From Patiriisocius sp. (GTDB taxonomy: Bacteria > Bacteroidota > Bacteroidia > Flavobacteriales > Flavobacteriaceae): DNA of 64,000 nt. A program made the translations under genes and the position numbers. The stretch's first letter is position 1, and the number at the start of each line of letters is the position of its first letter. A model generated the notes under the pieces. It ran no database searches, was not told the DNA's origin, and saw only the letters and a list, made by a program, of their open reading frames with translations. The stretch is taken from positions 888,826 through 952,825 of the forward strand of contig NZ_JBPOFW010000001.1 of the NCBI RefSeq assembly GCF_051252435.1. The letters are read 5' to 3'. Positions 1 to 9,922 of this stretch are shown one piece after another.

Positions 1-1274
1 CGAATAAATTTATAGTCAAAGCCGGGTTGAAATAAAACTGTATTTGTTTCATTGTCATAAGGACCTGCAAAATAATAGTTCCCTTTATAAGGTTCGTACA
101 AGCTAGAAAAATCTAAAGCCCTGATACGATCATAATCATTAGAGAACTCTTCAATATCCTCGTGCATGTGTATGGCTTGGCCAATAGTGAATTGGTTCCT
201 ACAGATATTCTCTGTATAGGCCATATAGTTTTGAACGTCATTAGGCTCTATGTCATATAGAGTTTCTTCACAATCTCTACCTGATCCTATATAAGTACAA
301 TTATCAATATTATAATATTGTAGATTATTTGTATTGATGGTATCAGTACATGCCTGTGATGATACTTCTGGGCTAATTCCATTGTTCCAACAATACTCTC
401 TTATAAAATTGGGAACTGCGTTTGTATCCAAAATTTTATCTCCATTTCCTTTGTTTAGAGCATCAATAGGTATTGCATTAAAGCTAGTGTCGCTCATTAT
501 TCTCGATACATGTTCACACTCTGTTGCAGTTGTTACTACACCGCCCTGTGTAATCTTACTATAATAATTACTAAAGGTGTGGGATAAACCCAAGATGTGA
601 CCTACTTCATGGACAAATGAACCTTCATTGAGTGTCGCTCTATTGATTACTATATCCTCAGAGTTAAGTCTTTGCCCACCAAAACTTGTTGTGCGACTGG
701 GAATATAAACGTTGATGGCCCCATCATCATAATTACCGGAATCTAGAGCATATGAATGTAATTCACCACTTAAGCATAAATCTAAAACACTAAACCCGTG
801 GTCATTGAAGTTGTTCAATGCTGTTTCAGAACAAGCCGGGGCAGGAAATGAAACTAGAGTACTAGGACTGTCCATTTGATCTGCGCCCCTATATTTAAAG
901 AAGATATTGTACTCGTTGAAAATTTGATTGAGCTTGGCAATAGATTTTAATGCGTCAATTTCAGTCTGTTCAAAAACAAAATCTCCGTCCACTTCATTTT
1001 CTCCATAGTTGCCATTTGCATCATTGATTTGCCAATAATACACATTAAATAATTTGGGTTCAAATGCGGCAAGATCTGCTGGATCTATACTACCAGAATT
1101 ATGAGGCTCAGCTGGCGGGCCTCCACCAGGGTCGCCAAGACCAGGGTCGTCTCCTTCATAAACACATATATAATCTTCTTGTGATAACATCTGTTGCGAA
1201 AAGAATATGCAATAGCTAGAAAGCAACATTGACAGTACTAGTACTCTTGAGGGGGGGGGTAATACTTGTCTCAT
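1..1274 (-). CDS. Secreted zinc metalloprotease, metzincin type (HExxHxxGxxH; M43/pappalysin-like). The C-terminus is truncated by the window edge.
   Basis: My own minus-strand translation from the ATG at 1274..1272: MRQVLPPPPSRVLVLSMLLSSYCIFFSQQ..., with GSFVHEVGHILGLSHTF encoded around 570..620 in the same frame. I saw no stop before position 1. It is absent from the ORF track because it runs off the window. Confidence 0.7.
   Translation of the reverse strand, partial: MRQVLPPPSRVLVLSMLLSSYCIFFSQQMLSQEDYICVYEGDDPGLGDPGGGPPAEPHNSGSIDPADLAAFEPKLFNVYYWQINDANGNYGENEVDGDFVFEQTEIDALKSIAKLNQIFNEYNIFFKYRGADQMDSPSTLVSFPAPACSETALNNFNDHGFSVLDLCLSGELHSYALDSGNYDDGAINVYIPSRTTSFGGQRLNSEDIVINRATLNEGSFVHEVGHILGLSHTFSNYYSKITQGGVVTTATECEHVSRIMSDTSFNAIPIDALNKGNGDKILDTNAVPNFIREYCWNNGISPEVSSQACTDTINTNNLQYYNIDNCTYIGSGRDCEETLYDIEPNDVQNYMAYTENICRNQFTIGQAIHMHEDIEEFSNDYDRIRALDFSSLYEPYKGNYYFAGPYDNETNTVLFQPGFDYKFI
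1251..1259 (-). repeat. G9 (coding-strand C9) homopolymer in codons 6-9 of the metzincin gene
   Basis: The sequence reads ...cttgagggggggggtaatacttgtctcat. It encodes PPPP just after the start codon. Confidence 0.9.
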
Positions 1275-1310
1275 AAACAAAAAATTTAATTATTAAATAT
1301 AGGTATTTAA

Positions 1311-1356
1311 AATTTATTAAAAAAACCTCTCAGATTAATAAAAATCTAAGAGGTTT
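1311..1356 (-). terminator. Rho-independent terminator after the TonB receptor gene
   Basis: aaacctctcagatt / aatctaagaggttt forms a 14-bp stem with 1 mismatch. A T-run follows on the minus strand, 54 nt after the stop at 1410. Confidence 0.7.
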
Positions 1357-1409
1357 CAATATTTATTAACAAACTCCCTTTCCCTTTGGAGAGGGCTATA
1401 GAGGCTTCT

Positions 1410-3635
1410 TTAAAAATTAACTGTCACTTTTCCTCTCAAAAAGAAAGGCGTTCCCGGTGTAAAATGAATTTCCTCCACAGGTTCGGGTTCATTGAACAAT
1501 CGGCTTTCTGTGGCAAATTGCGTTTCGTTCCATTCTGTGTCAAATAGGTTTTCGATAATGATTCCGAAATCTATATTTCTGAAAGAATAATTTACGTTAA
1601 AATCTGTTACAAAATAGCCTTCGGCAATAATGCTGTTGTCTTCGTTGGCAGCGCGGTCTTTTAAATAACGGTAGTTGAGTCCGCCAGAAAAACCTTGTAA
1701 ATCCTCAAATGTCACACCACCGGTGCTCGTTAAATCTGGAGCCAACGGAATATAATCTTGTCCGCTGGGTTCTTCGGTGCTTCTTGCGTAGGTGTAGTTA
1801 ATATCTCCAAAAAAGTACAACCAGTCCAGTGCTTCAAAACGAGCGCCAACGTCAACACCTAATCTTCTTGTTTTTCCGCTGGGTTCAACGATACCAGCAT
1901 CTCCCACGTACACAAATTCTTGGTCTAAAAATAACGTCCATAGAGCCGCATTAAAAATTAAGCGGTCGTTGGCTCTAAAAATTCCACCCAAATCTGCGCC
2001 ATAGGCAGCAGGCAAAATATCCTCGCCACTATTGGCAACCACCACACGCGCATCGTTGGAGTGAAACCCGATTCCCGATTTTAAAAATAGCTGTATGTTT
2101 TGATTTGCTTTGTAAAAAAAGTTCAGTTTTGGGGTTGCAAATACTTTGCTCTCACTCTTATTGTCATACAATTCGCTCAATCTATTTACATAATCAAATT
2201 TAAAATAATCAAGACGCACGCCTGGGTTGAGTTTAAAATTTCCGAAGTCAAACTCCGTATTCAAAAACGCAAACGCATTCATTTGATTGACATCGCCAAA
2301 GGCAAGTCGCTCCAGTAATTCCTGTCTGTTTTTTGTGCGTGACAACTGTATGTCATTCACATCGTCATAGCGCAACCCACCTCCGGCTGTATATTCAAAA
2401 GGAGTTTCCAGTAATGAGGTTTGTTCTGTAAACGCCGTTTGAAAGCCCATTAAATTTCGGTCTTCAAATTGACGAATCTGATCACCATTTACAGGATCTT
2501 CGAGGAAAAATGTAAAGTTTGAAAACAGCTCAAAATCATAGTGCGAAAAATAAGCGCTACTCACTAGTTTTTTGGTTTCTGAAATTTGCTTTTCATGAGC
2601 AATCAAGATATTTGAACGACTCGTATTACCGCCTTCGGTATCATCGATGGCGCCAAAACGGCCAATCAACCCAGCAGCATCTACAGCACGTTGCGGAATC
2701 TGCCCGCTAGCATCCCACTTACTTTGAAAATGCGAAGCCGTAATACTTACCTTTTGGTCCTGCGGAAGTTTGTAGGTGTATTTCCCCATTAAATTGATAC
2801 GGTTAAAATTTTGAGGCGACACATAAGGCCCATCAAAAGTATTAAACGAACCTGCGATGTATGCATCGCTTTTTTCGGTATCCAAAACGTTGAATAGTCC
2901 TACCGTTCTAAAAGAATCGAAATCGCCATATTCAACAGAAATACTACTCTTGTCAATGCGTTCTTTTGTGCGGAAATCAACATATCCAGCCGTTGTAAAA
3001 TCTCCTTTTTTTGCATAGTACGGTCCTTTTCCAAACTCAATGTTCTTTACCGTTTCGGGGATTAAAAAGTGAAGGTCGCTATAGCCTTGACCGTGCGCGT
3101 GCGATACCATGTTTACAGGCATCCCATCAACGGTGAGGCTGATGTCTGTTCCGTGGTCAATGTCAAATCCGCGTAGAAAAATCTGTTCTGCTTTTCCGCC
3201 GCCTGCGTGCTGTCCAATAAATAATCCCGGAACTTGTCGCAATACTTCCTGCGTGTTTTTTACGGGATTTTTGTTGAGGTCAACGACTGCAATTTGGTTG
3301 AGCGTATTTATTTCGTTGGTGAGTACAATTTGAGATAACGAAACAGCACCTTGCGTTAATGTAATAGTAACAGGGTTGTTAAAATCGGTTGCTTTTACAG
3401 TATAATAAACGGTGCCGTAGCCCAAATATGAGCACGAAATTTTATCGTTGACGTCTACGTTTTCGAGCGTGAATTCTCCTGCTTGGTTTGTATGTGAGTG
3501 ATTGCCTTTTGTGGCGTTAAATATGGCCACATCTGCGAGCGGTATATTGTTTTGGGTTACTACAACACCATTGAACGTTTGCGCTTGCATCGCGAAACAG
3601 CAAAGTAGTACACTCCATAATAATGATAGTTTCAT
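1410..3635 (-). CDS. TonB-dependent outer-membrane receptor with a CarboxypepD_reg-like N-terminal domain
   Basis: 741 aa with a signal peptide (MKLSLLWSVLLCCFAMQAQ). Plug-like segment VLRQVPGLFIGQHAGGGKAEQIFLRGFDIDHGTDISLTVDGMPVN. Long beta-barrel ending in ...LRGKVTVNF (terminal aromatic). Confidence 0.85.
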   Translation of the reverse strand: MKLSLLWSVLLCCFAMQAQTFNGVVVTQNNIPLADVAIFNATKGNHSHTNQAGEFTLENVDVNDKISCSYLGYGTVYYTVKATDFNNPVTITLTQGAVSLSQIVLTNEINTLNQIAVVDLNKNPVKNTQEVLRQVPGLFIGQHAGGGKAEQIFLRGFDIDHGTDISLTVDGMPVNMVSHAHGQGYSDLHFLIPETVKNIEFGKGPYYAKKGDFTTAGYVDFRTKERIDKSSISVEYGDFDSFRTVGLFNVLDTEKSDAYIAGSFNTFDGPYVSPQNFNRINLMGKYTYKLPQDQKVSITASHFQSKWDASGQIPQRAVDAAGLIGRFGAIDDTEGGNTSRSNILIAHEKQISETKKLVSSAYFSHYDFELFSNFTFFLEDPVNGDQIRQFEDRNLMGFQTAFTEQTSLLETPFEYTAGGGLRYDDVNDIQLSRTKNRQELLERLAFGDVNQMNAFAFLNTEFDFGNFKLNPGVRLDYFKFDYVNRLSELYDNKSESKVFATPKLNFFYKANQNIQLFLKSGIGFHSNDARVVVANSGEDILPAAYGADLGGIFRANDRLIFNAALWTLFLDQEFVYVGDAGIVEPSGKTRRLGVDVGARFEALDWLYFFGDINYTYARSTEEPSGQDYIPLAPDLTSTGGVTFEDLQGFSGGLNYRYLKDRAANEDNSIIAEGYFVTDFNVNYSFRNIDFGIIIENLFDTEWNETQFATESRLFNEPEPVEEIHFTPGTPFFLRGKVTVNF

Positions 3636-3671
3636 GGGTATAATTTTTAAAAAGAATGAATAGTTGCCCAG

Positions 3672-3696
3672 CCAAAATACATTGCGAGTATTTTGG
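3672..3696. promoter_or_regulatory. Perfect 9-bp inverted repeat (CCAAAATAC-7nt-GTATTTTGG) between the His-rich gene and the TonB receptor gene
   Basis: Read directly from the sequence. No T-run follows on the minus strand, so it is not a classical terminator. It could be an operator or an RNA stem-loop. Confidence 0.5.
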
Positions 3697-3722
3697 GAAT
3701 TTGGGGTTTTTCTAGATAAAAA

Positions 3723-4118
3723 TTATACTTCGGGGGGAGGGGATTCTAATAGCTGCAGACATGTAACTTCGGCAAAACTGTAGTTAAAGTTGGGAAAAAT
3801 AAATGTTCTTTGAGGCGTTTTTAATGTGTAAGAAATTTCAGAAAAATGCTTATCGATTTTAACCGTGGCTATTTTCTCGTTGGAATCTGATTGTTGTTTT
3901 TCAGAAAAAATTTCGGCTATAAATGAGATGGTTTCGTGGTCATGACCATGGGAATGTGCGTTGTGACCATGATGATGATGGTGTGTGGTAGACTGTGAAA
4001 CCGCATGCGAAATTTTATGCAAGCCTTCAAGAATAGCGCCCGAAAGTGGGGTCAATAAATAGAACGCCGCCAGCAGGACGATAATTGAGCTTTTGAAATA
4101 AGCGAGCGGTTGGTTCAT
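3723..4118 (-). CDS. Small membrane-anchored histidine-rich protein (putative metal-binding)
   Basis: 131 aa with an N-terminal hydrophobic helix (SSIIVLLAAFYLLTPLSGAIL), followed by HKISHAV...THHHHHGHNAHSHGHDHE. It is co-directional with, and 87 nt upstream of, the TonB receptor gene. Confidence 0.6.
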   Translation of the reverse strand: MNQPLAYFKSSIIVLLAAFYLLTPLSGAILEGLHKISHAVSQSTTHHHHHGHNAHSHGHDHETISFIAEIFSEKQQSDSNEKIATVKIDKHFSEISYTLKTPQRTFIFPNFNYSFAEVTCLQLLESPPPEV

Positions 4119-4302
4119 TGAGTTTTTGTACTTAGTAAAAGTACGTAAGGGCAGTAGTTTAGGTTTTATCTTCTGGATATTTAACCCTACATTAACAGAT
4201 ATATTGAATGATAACTGCTCGTTTCATGCGTAGCAAAAGAAGTAAGTTTTAACGTTTTTGCCAATTGAAATGTTCAATAAATTAACAAAACTTTCCACCA
4301 GT

Positions 4303-4315
4303 CACATTTCCGAAG
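4303..4315 (+). repeat. Intergenic copy of the iterated word CACATTTCCGAAG
   Basis: Read directly. Lies 27 nt upstream of the uvrC ATG. Confidence 0.9.
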
Positions 4316-4342
4316 CCTTAAAAATGCCATTATCTTTACGCT

Positions 4343-6145
4343 ATGGCTCAAGCTTCTGTCACATTACAAATTTCCACACTTCCTGACGCTCCCGGCGTGT
4401 ATCAATATTATGATAAAGAAGGGAAATTATTGTACGTGGGTAAGGCGAAGAATTTGAAAAAACGGGTAAATAGCTATTTTACTAAAAAGCACGATAACGC
4501 CCGCACGCGCATGCTTGTTAAGCGCATTGTAGATATAAAACACATTGTTGTTGCCACGGAAACCGATGCCCTTTTGCTGGAAAATAACTTGATAAAAAAG
4601 TACCAGCCCAAGTATAATGTGATGTTGAAAGATGACAAATCCTATCCATGGATTTGTATTAAAAACGAACGTTTTCCGCGGGTATTCCCCACACGCCGAC
4701 TCATAAAAGACGGCAGTGAATATTATGGGCCTTACACCAGTATGAAAACCGTGCATACGCTGTTGGATTTAATAAAAGGTTTGTATCCATTACGCACCTG
4801 CAATTATGATTTGGCCGAAGATAAAATTAGAGATGGTAAGTACAAAGTATGTTTGGAATATCATTTAGGCAATTGTTCTGGGCCTTGTGAGGGGCTTTAT
4901 TCTGAAACTGAATACAATGAAAATATTGAAGCCATCCGAAACATCGTAAAAGGGAATTTTAAGGAGTCACTCGTTCGGTTTAAAAACCAAATGAAAGCGT
5001 ATGCAGAAAAAATGCTTTATGAAGATGCACAGCGAATCAAAGAAAAAATAGACATTCTTGAAAATTACCAAGCAAAATCTACGGTTGTAAATCCAAAAAT
5101 TAATAATGTAGATGTTTTCAGCGTTATCAGTGACGAGAGTTATGGGTATGTCAATTTTTTGCAATTGAGCTTTGGAGCAATTATAAGAAGCCACACATTG
5201 GAAATCAAAAAGAAATTGGACGAGAGCGACGAAGAACTATTAGAGCTCGCTGTGGTGGAATTGAGACAACGATTTAATTCGCAATCCAAAGAAATTTACG
5301 TACCATTTCCTATTACCACCGAGGAAGGAGTAAAGTTCCACATTCCAAAATTGGGAGACAAAAAGAAAATCCTCGACCTCTCCATTCGTAATGCTAAGTA
5401 TTACAGGATGGAGCGCTTTAAACAAGCTAAAATTGTTGATCCAGATCGGCATGAAAAACGCATCATGGCACAAATGAAAAAAGATTTGCGGTTGAGTGAA
5501 GAGCCAAGGCATATAGAGTGTTTTGACAACAGTAACATTCAAGGAACAAATCCCGTAGCGGCCTGTGTTGTTTTTAAAAACGGAAAACCCAGTAAAAAAG
5601 ATTATCGTAAATTTAATATCAAAACGGTTGTGGGGCCAGACGATTTTGCATCCATGGAAGAAGTGGTGTACCGCCGGTACAAAAGGTTAAAAGAAGAAGA
5701 GCAACCGCTGCCACAGCTCATTATTATTGACGGAGGAAAAGGACAATTATCCTCCTCTTTAAAAGCACTGGATTCATTAGGATTACGAGGTAAAATTGCC
5801 ATTATTGGAATAGCGAAAAGATTAGAAGAATTATTTTACCCAAACGACCCAATCCCTTTGTATCTTGATAAAAAAAGTGAAACTTTAAAAATCATACAAC
5901 AATTAAGGAATGAGGCACACCGTTTTGGTATCACCTTTCACAGGCAAAAAAGAAGTAAAGAAGCACTGAATACCGCACTAGAAACCATTCCTGGCATAGG
6001 AGAAAAAACAGTTATAGAATTGCTTCGGAAATTTAAAAGTACAAAGCGAATTGGGCAGGCAAGTTTTGAAGACCTGGCCAAGGTAGTGGGAGCGAGTAGG
6101 GCAAAGAAAATTATAACACATTTCCAAAATAAAAACACCGAATAG
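4343..6145 (+). CDS. uvrC: Excinuclease ABC subunit C
   Basis: 600 aa. GIY-YIG N-terminus (GVYQYYDKEGKLLYVGKAKNLKKRVNSYF), a UvrBC-interaction region, and a C-terminal endonuclease plus HhH region (IPGIGEKTVIELLRKF). Confidence 0.95.
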   Translation: MAQASVTLQISTLPDAPGVYQYYDKEGKLLYVGKAKNLKKRVNSYFTKKHDNARTRMLVKRIVDIKHIVVATETDALLLENNLIKKYQPKYNVMLKDDKSYPWICIKNERFPRVFPTRRLIKDGSEYYGPYTSMKTVHTLLDLIKGLYPLRTCNYDLAEDKIRDGKYKVCLEYHLGNCSGPCEGLYSETEYNENIEAIRNIVKGNFKESLVRFKNQMKAYAEKMLYEDAQRIKEKIDILENYQAKSTVVNPKINNVDVFSVISDESYGYVNFLQLSFGAIIRSHTLEIKKKLDESDEELLELAVVELRQRFNSQSKEIYVPFPITTEEGVKFHIPKLGDKKKILDLSIRNAKYYRMERFKQAKIVDPDRHEKRIMAQMKKDLRLSEEPRHIECFDNSNIQGTNPVAACVVFKNGKPSKKDYRKFNIKTVVGPDDFASMEEVVYRRYKRLKEEEQPLPQLIIIDGGKGQLSSSLKALDSLGLRGKIAIIGIAKRLEELFYPNDPIPLYLDKKSETLKIIQQLRNEAHRFGITFHRQKRSKEALNTALETIPGIGEKTVIELLRKFKSTKRIGQASFEDLAKVVGASRAKKIITHFQNKNTE

Positions 6146-6146
6146 A

Positions 6147-8387
6147 TTGAAGTTATTCGTACACATAATAATGTTGCTGATTTGCACAATGACCATTGCG
6201 CAAGTTCCCGAAAGCACTCCTAAAAAAGATTTAAAAGTAGGTCTTGTTTTAAGTGGTGGTGGTGCCAAAGGACTTGCACATATTGGGGTTCTTAAGGCGA
6301 TTGATTCTGCTGGGGTGCGCTTGGATTATATTGGTGGTACCAGTATGGGAGCCATCATTGGTGGACTATATGCTTCGGGATATTCTGGAAAACAGATTGA
6401 TTCGATTTTTAAGGAAGTAGATTTCAATAGATTAATACAAGATGATATCCCTAGAAGTGCTACTACTTTCTATGAAAAAGCGGAGGACGAAAAATACGGG
6501 GTAACGCTTCCGTTTGATGGATTTAAAATACGTTTTCCTTCGGGGCTTTCTAAAGGACAGAATGTGTATAATTTACTTTCCAAATTAATGGCGCACGTTG
6601 ACACAACCGATGATTTTTCGCAGCTACCCATTCCGTTTTTCTGCATGGCGACTAACCTTGAAACAGGAAAGGAAGTATTGCTTGAAAATGGATATCTCCC
6701 CAGGGCAATTTTGGCGAGTGGTGCTTTACCTTCGCTGTTTTCTCCAGTTATTATAAATGACCAAGTACTTATCGATGGAGGTGTAGTTAATAACTACCCC
6801 ATTGAGCAATTAAGAAAAAAGGGAGTCGACGTAATCATTGGCGTTGACGTTCAAGATGTGCTACGTGATAAAGATGGGCTTCGGTCTGCTTTTGATGCAT
6901 TAGTGCAAATAAATAATTATCGCACCATCGAAGCTATGGTGGCTAAAAAAGCAGCTACTGACGTGTACATTCGGCCTGAAATTAGAGACTTTAGCGTTGT
7001 TTCTTTTGATGAAGGAAGAAGAATTATAAAAAATGGTTACGAAGCTGCAATGGTATTTGAAGATGTCTTGAACAACTATTCGAGCCAACAACAAACCTCT
7101 GCCCGTGAGGTTGTTAAATTTCAGCAAAATGATAATATAGAGATTAGAAGTGTAGAAGTCAATGGCACAAATAAATACACTGAAAAGTATGTGCTGGGTA
7201 AGTTAAAATTAAAACTGCCTGCTTTGACAACTTTTAGAGATTTCAGTAATGGAGTCAATAATCTTTCGGCTACGGGTAATTACAACAGTATTGACTACCG
7301 CTTTATTGAGGATGAGGATGGAAGCTACAAGGTGGTTTTCAATGTGAATGAAACAAAACAACGAATGTCATTGCGCTTTGGGGTTCATTATGACGACTTA
7401 TATCGCACATCTGCGTTAGTGAATTTAACCTATAAAAGGTTATTGACCAATAATGATGTAGCAAGTGTAGATGTTATTATTGGGGATAATTTTCGCTACA
7501 ATGCCAACTACTATATTGACAAAGGCTATTATTGGAGTATTGGGTTGAATAGTTCGTTTGATTTTTTTGAAAAGGATATCCCCATTTCTTTGGTAAATGA
7601 CCCAGGTTTTATCGCTCCCGAAGGCCTCAACCAATTGGAGTTACAATATAACGACTTTACAAATAGGCTGTTTTTTGAAACGTTATTTAAGCGAACATTT
7701 ACCATTGGAACAGGTGTTGAGCATAAATATTTGAGATTACTTTCTGAAACGTTAGGAATTGACGAACAAAATAACCTGCGCACAGTTTTTGAAAGTACTA
7801 ACTATTATAGCGCTTTTGGGTACGCTAAATACGATAGTCTCGATGACCCATTTTTTCCATCTAGCGGTTTCTTTTTAGATGGTGATATTCATTTTTATGC
7901 TTTCGCCGAAGGGCGGAATAATGACTTTGAGCAATTTGCAATTCCAAAGGCAAAATTTGGTTATGCCACAAAAATATTTGATAAATTTTCAATGTATGTT
8001 ACGGCCGGAGGAGGCTTTAAAATAGGTGATGACACTACAAAATCGTTAGATTTTTTATTGGGCGGATACGGTTTTAAAAATCTAAATAACATCATTCCAT
8101 TTTATGGCTATGAGGCATTGAGCATTCGCGGTGACACGTATTTAAAATCTATGTTGTCAATTGACTATGAAATTTTTAAGAAGAGCCATATTCAAATCTT
8201 CGGAAATATAGCAAACGTGGGAGATGATTTGCTTGTTGACGCTCAGTGGATTGACGGAATAGATTACAGTGGTTTCGGAATCGGTTACGGTCTTGAAACT
8301 TTTATGGGTCCCGTCGAAGTGAGATACGCCCACTCGCCAGAAAGAAGCACAGGAGAGTGGCACGTGAGTGCGGGGTTTAGGTTTTGA
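6147..8387 (+). CDS. Patatin-like phospholipase with a C-terminal Omp85/surface-antigen-like beta-barrel (PlpD-like architecture)
   Basis: 746 aa. Motifs GLVLSGGGAKGLAHIGVL and GTSMGA (serine lipase motif) and DGGVVNNYP (catalytic Asp). The C-terminal region is beta-rich and ends ...WHVSAGFRF. The ORF-track start at 6147 is TTG; an ATG alternative lies at 6171. Confidence 0.8.
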   Translation: MKLFVHIIMLLICTMTIAQVPESTPKKDLKVGLVLSGGGAKGLAHIGVLKAIDSAGVRLDYIGGTSMGAIIGGLYASGYSGKQIDSIFKEVDFNRLIQDDIPRSATTFYEKAEDEKYGVTLPFDGFKIRFPSGLSKGQNVYNLLSKLMAHVDTTDDFSQLPIPFFCMATNLETGKEVLLENGYLPRAILASGALPSLFSPVIINDQVLIDGGVVNNYPIEQLRKKGVDVIIGVDVQDVLRDKDGLRSAFDALVQINNYRTIEAMVAKKAATDVYIRPEIRDFSVVSFDEGRRIIKNGYEAAMVFEDVLNNYSSQQQTSAREVVKFQQNDNIEIRSVEVNGTNKYTEKYVLGKLKLKLPALTTFRDFSNGVNNLSATGNYNSIDYRFIEDEDGSYKVVFNVNETKQRMSLRFGVHYDDLYRTSALVNLTYKRLLTNNDVASVDVIIGDNFRYNANYYIDKGYYWSIGLNSSFDFFEKDIPISLVNDPGFIAPEGLNQLELQYNDFTNRLFFETLFKRTFTIGTGVEHKYLRLLSETLGIDEQNNLRTVFESTNYYSAFGYAKYDSLDDPFFPSSGFFLDGDIHFYAFAEGRNNDFEQFAIPKAKFGYATKIFDKFSMYVTAGGGFKIGDDTTKSLDFLLGGYGFKNLNNIIPFYGYEALSIRGDTYLKSMLSIDYEIFKKSHIQIFGNIANVGDDLLVDAQWIDGIDYSGFGIGYGLETFMGPVEVRYAHSPERSTGEWHVSAGFRF

Positions 8388-8612
8388 TTATCTTTTTTAT
8401 GAAGAGGGTATATGGTAGAATTTTTTTTAGGAAGCATTTCTGAAAATCTAAATCATTTAAGTACCGAAATTATTTGCAAAGTCTCATTTAAAGTTTACAA
8501 TTGAGATTTGGATTTTGTTAAGGTTTGAGGTTTCTGGTCGTATTTCAACTTTCCCATCCTTAATATTGAGATTTATTTTTCCGATATTTGTTATTCAACA
8601 AAAGAAAATTTT

Positions 8613-9773
8613 ATGCCATTATACCACACGCTAGGGAAGATACCGCCCAAACGACATACACAATTTAGAAAACCTGACGGCTCTTTATACAGTGAGCAGC
8701 TTTTTGGTACAATTGGTTTTGATGGAATGTACAGCAATAGCTACCACGAGCATCGTCCAACAATGGTCAAAGAAATTAAACGGCAGTACAGTGTTAAACC
8801 AAAAATTGCAAAAGAAAATAACATTCAATCCTACCGTTTTAGAGGTTTTCAAGTACAACCCGAAAATGACTATTTGGAAAGCAGGAAAGCAGTGTTGACT
8901 AATAGCGATTGCACCATTATTCTGGCAGCGCCCAAGCATAGCATAAAAGATTATTTTTATAAAAACACAGATGCAGATGAGTTGTTGTTTATTCACAAAG
9001 GCAGCGGAAAACTGCGAACACATTTAGGAAATCTAGATTTCAAATACGGCGATTATTTGTTGATTCCACGCGGGATAATTTATCAAATAGATTTTGATAC
9101 TGAGGACAATCGTCTTTTTATAGTTGAATCTCGCAGACCTATTTATACTCCTAAAAGATATAGAAATTGGTTTGGGCAATTACTGGAACATTCCCCATTT
9201 TGCGAACGTGATATTCGTAAGCCTTATGAATTAGAAACCAATGATGAGATGGGCGAGTTTTTAATGAAAGTAAAAAAGAAAGACGAAATTATTGAAATGG
9301 TCTATGCCTCTCATCCATTTGATGTTGTTGGATATGATGGGTATAATTATCCGTATGCCTTTTCAATTCACGATTTTGAGCCGATAACTGGGCGCATTCA
9401 TCAACCGCCACCAGTGCATCAAACTTTTGAGACAGATGCTTTTGTAGTGTGTTCTTTTTGCCCACGATTATACGATTATCACCCAGATAGTATTCCTGCG
9501 CCGTACAACCATAGCAATATTGACAGCGATGAGGTGTTATATTATGTGGATGGCGATTTTATGAGCCGCAACGATATTGATGCAGGTCATATTTCTTTGC
9601 ATCCTGCTGGAATTCCGCACGGTCCTCACCCGGGAGCTGTGGAACGAAGTATAGGTAAAAAAGGAAGTGACGAACTTGCCGTTATGGTGGATACTTTTAA
9701 ACCGTTAATGGTTACCGAAGAGGCGATGAAAATTGCAGACGAAGATTATTTTAAGAGTTGGTTAGATCATTAA
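8613..9773 (+). CDS. hmgA: Homogentisate 1,2-dioxygenase
   Basis: 386 aa. N-terminus MPLYHTLGKIPPKRHTQF is typical of the short bacterial HGO form. Cupin-like core with HPAGIPHGPHPG. Confidence 0.8.
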   Translation: MPLYHTLGKIPPKRHTQFRKPDGSLYSEQLFGTIGFDGMYSNSYHEHRPTMVKEIKRQYSVKPKIAKENNIQSYRFRGFQVQPENDYLESRKAVLTNSDCTIILAAPKHSIKDYFYKNTDADELLFIHKGSGKLRTHLGNLDFKYGDYLLIPRGIIYQIDFDTEDNRLFIVESRRPIYTPKRYRNWFGQLLEHSPFCERDIRKPYELETNDEMGEFLMKVKKKDEIIEMVYASHPFDVVGYDGYNYPYAFSIHDFEPITGRIHQPPPVHQTFETDAFVVCSFCPRLYDYHPDSIPAPYNHSNIDSDEVLYYVDGDFMSRNDIDAGHISLHPAGIPHGPHPGAVERSIGKKGSDELAVMVDTFKPLMVTEEAMKIADEDYFKSWLDH

Positions 9774-9845
9774 AATATCATTTTGAGAATTATTTTCTTC
9801 TGAAATATAACAGATTTGAAAACTGTGCAGTTATAATAAACCCTG

Positions 9846-9858
9846 TACATTTCCGAAG
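9846..9858 (+). repeat. Intergenic copy of the iterated word TACATTTCCGAAG
   Basis: Read directly. Lies between hmgA and the DUF3108-like gene, 64 nt upstream of the ATG at 9923. Confidence 0.9.
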
Positions 9859-9922
9859 AGAAAATTAATATTGAAAAATTGGAACAACTATTGTAATTGG
9901 TGATGACATCAAATAGAATACT

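Noticed and set aside
334-564. A 76-aa + strand ORF listed in the track
   Set aside because: It lies entirely antisense to the metzincin coding frame, which carries the HEVGHILGLSH motif. It has no recognisable features.
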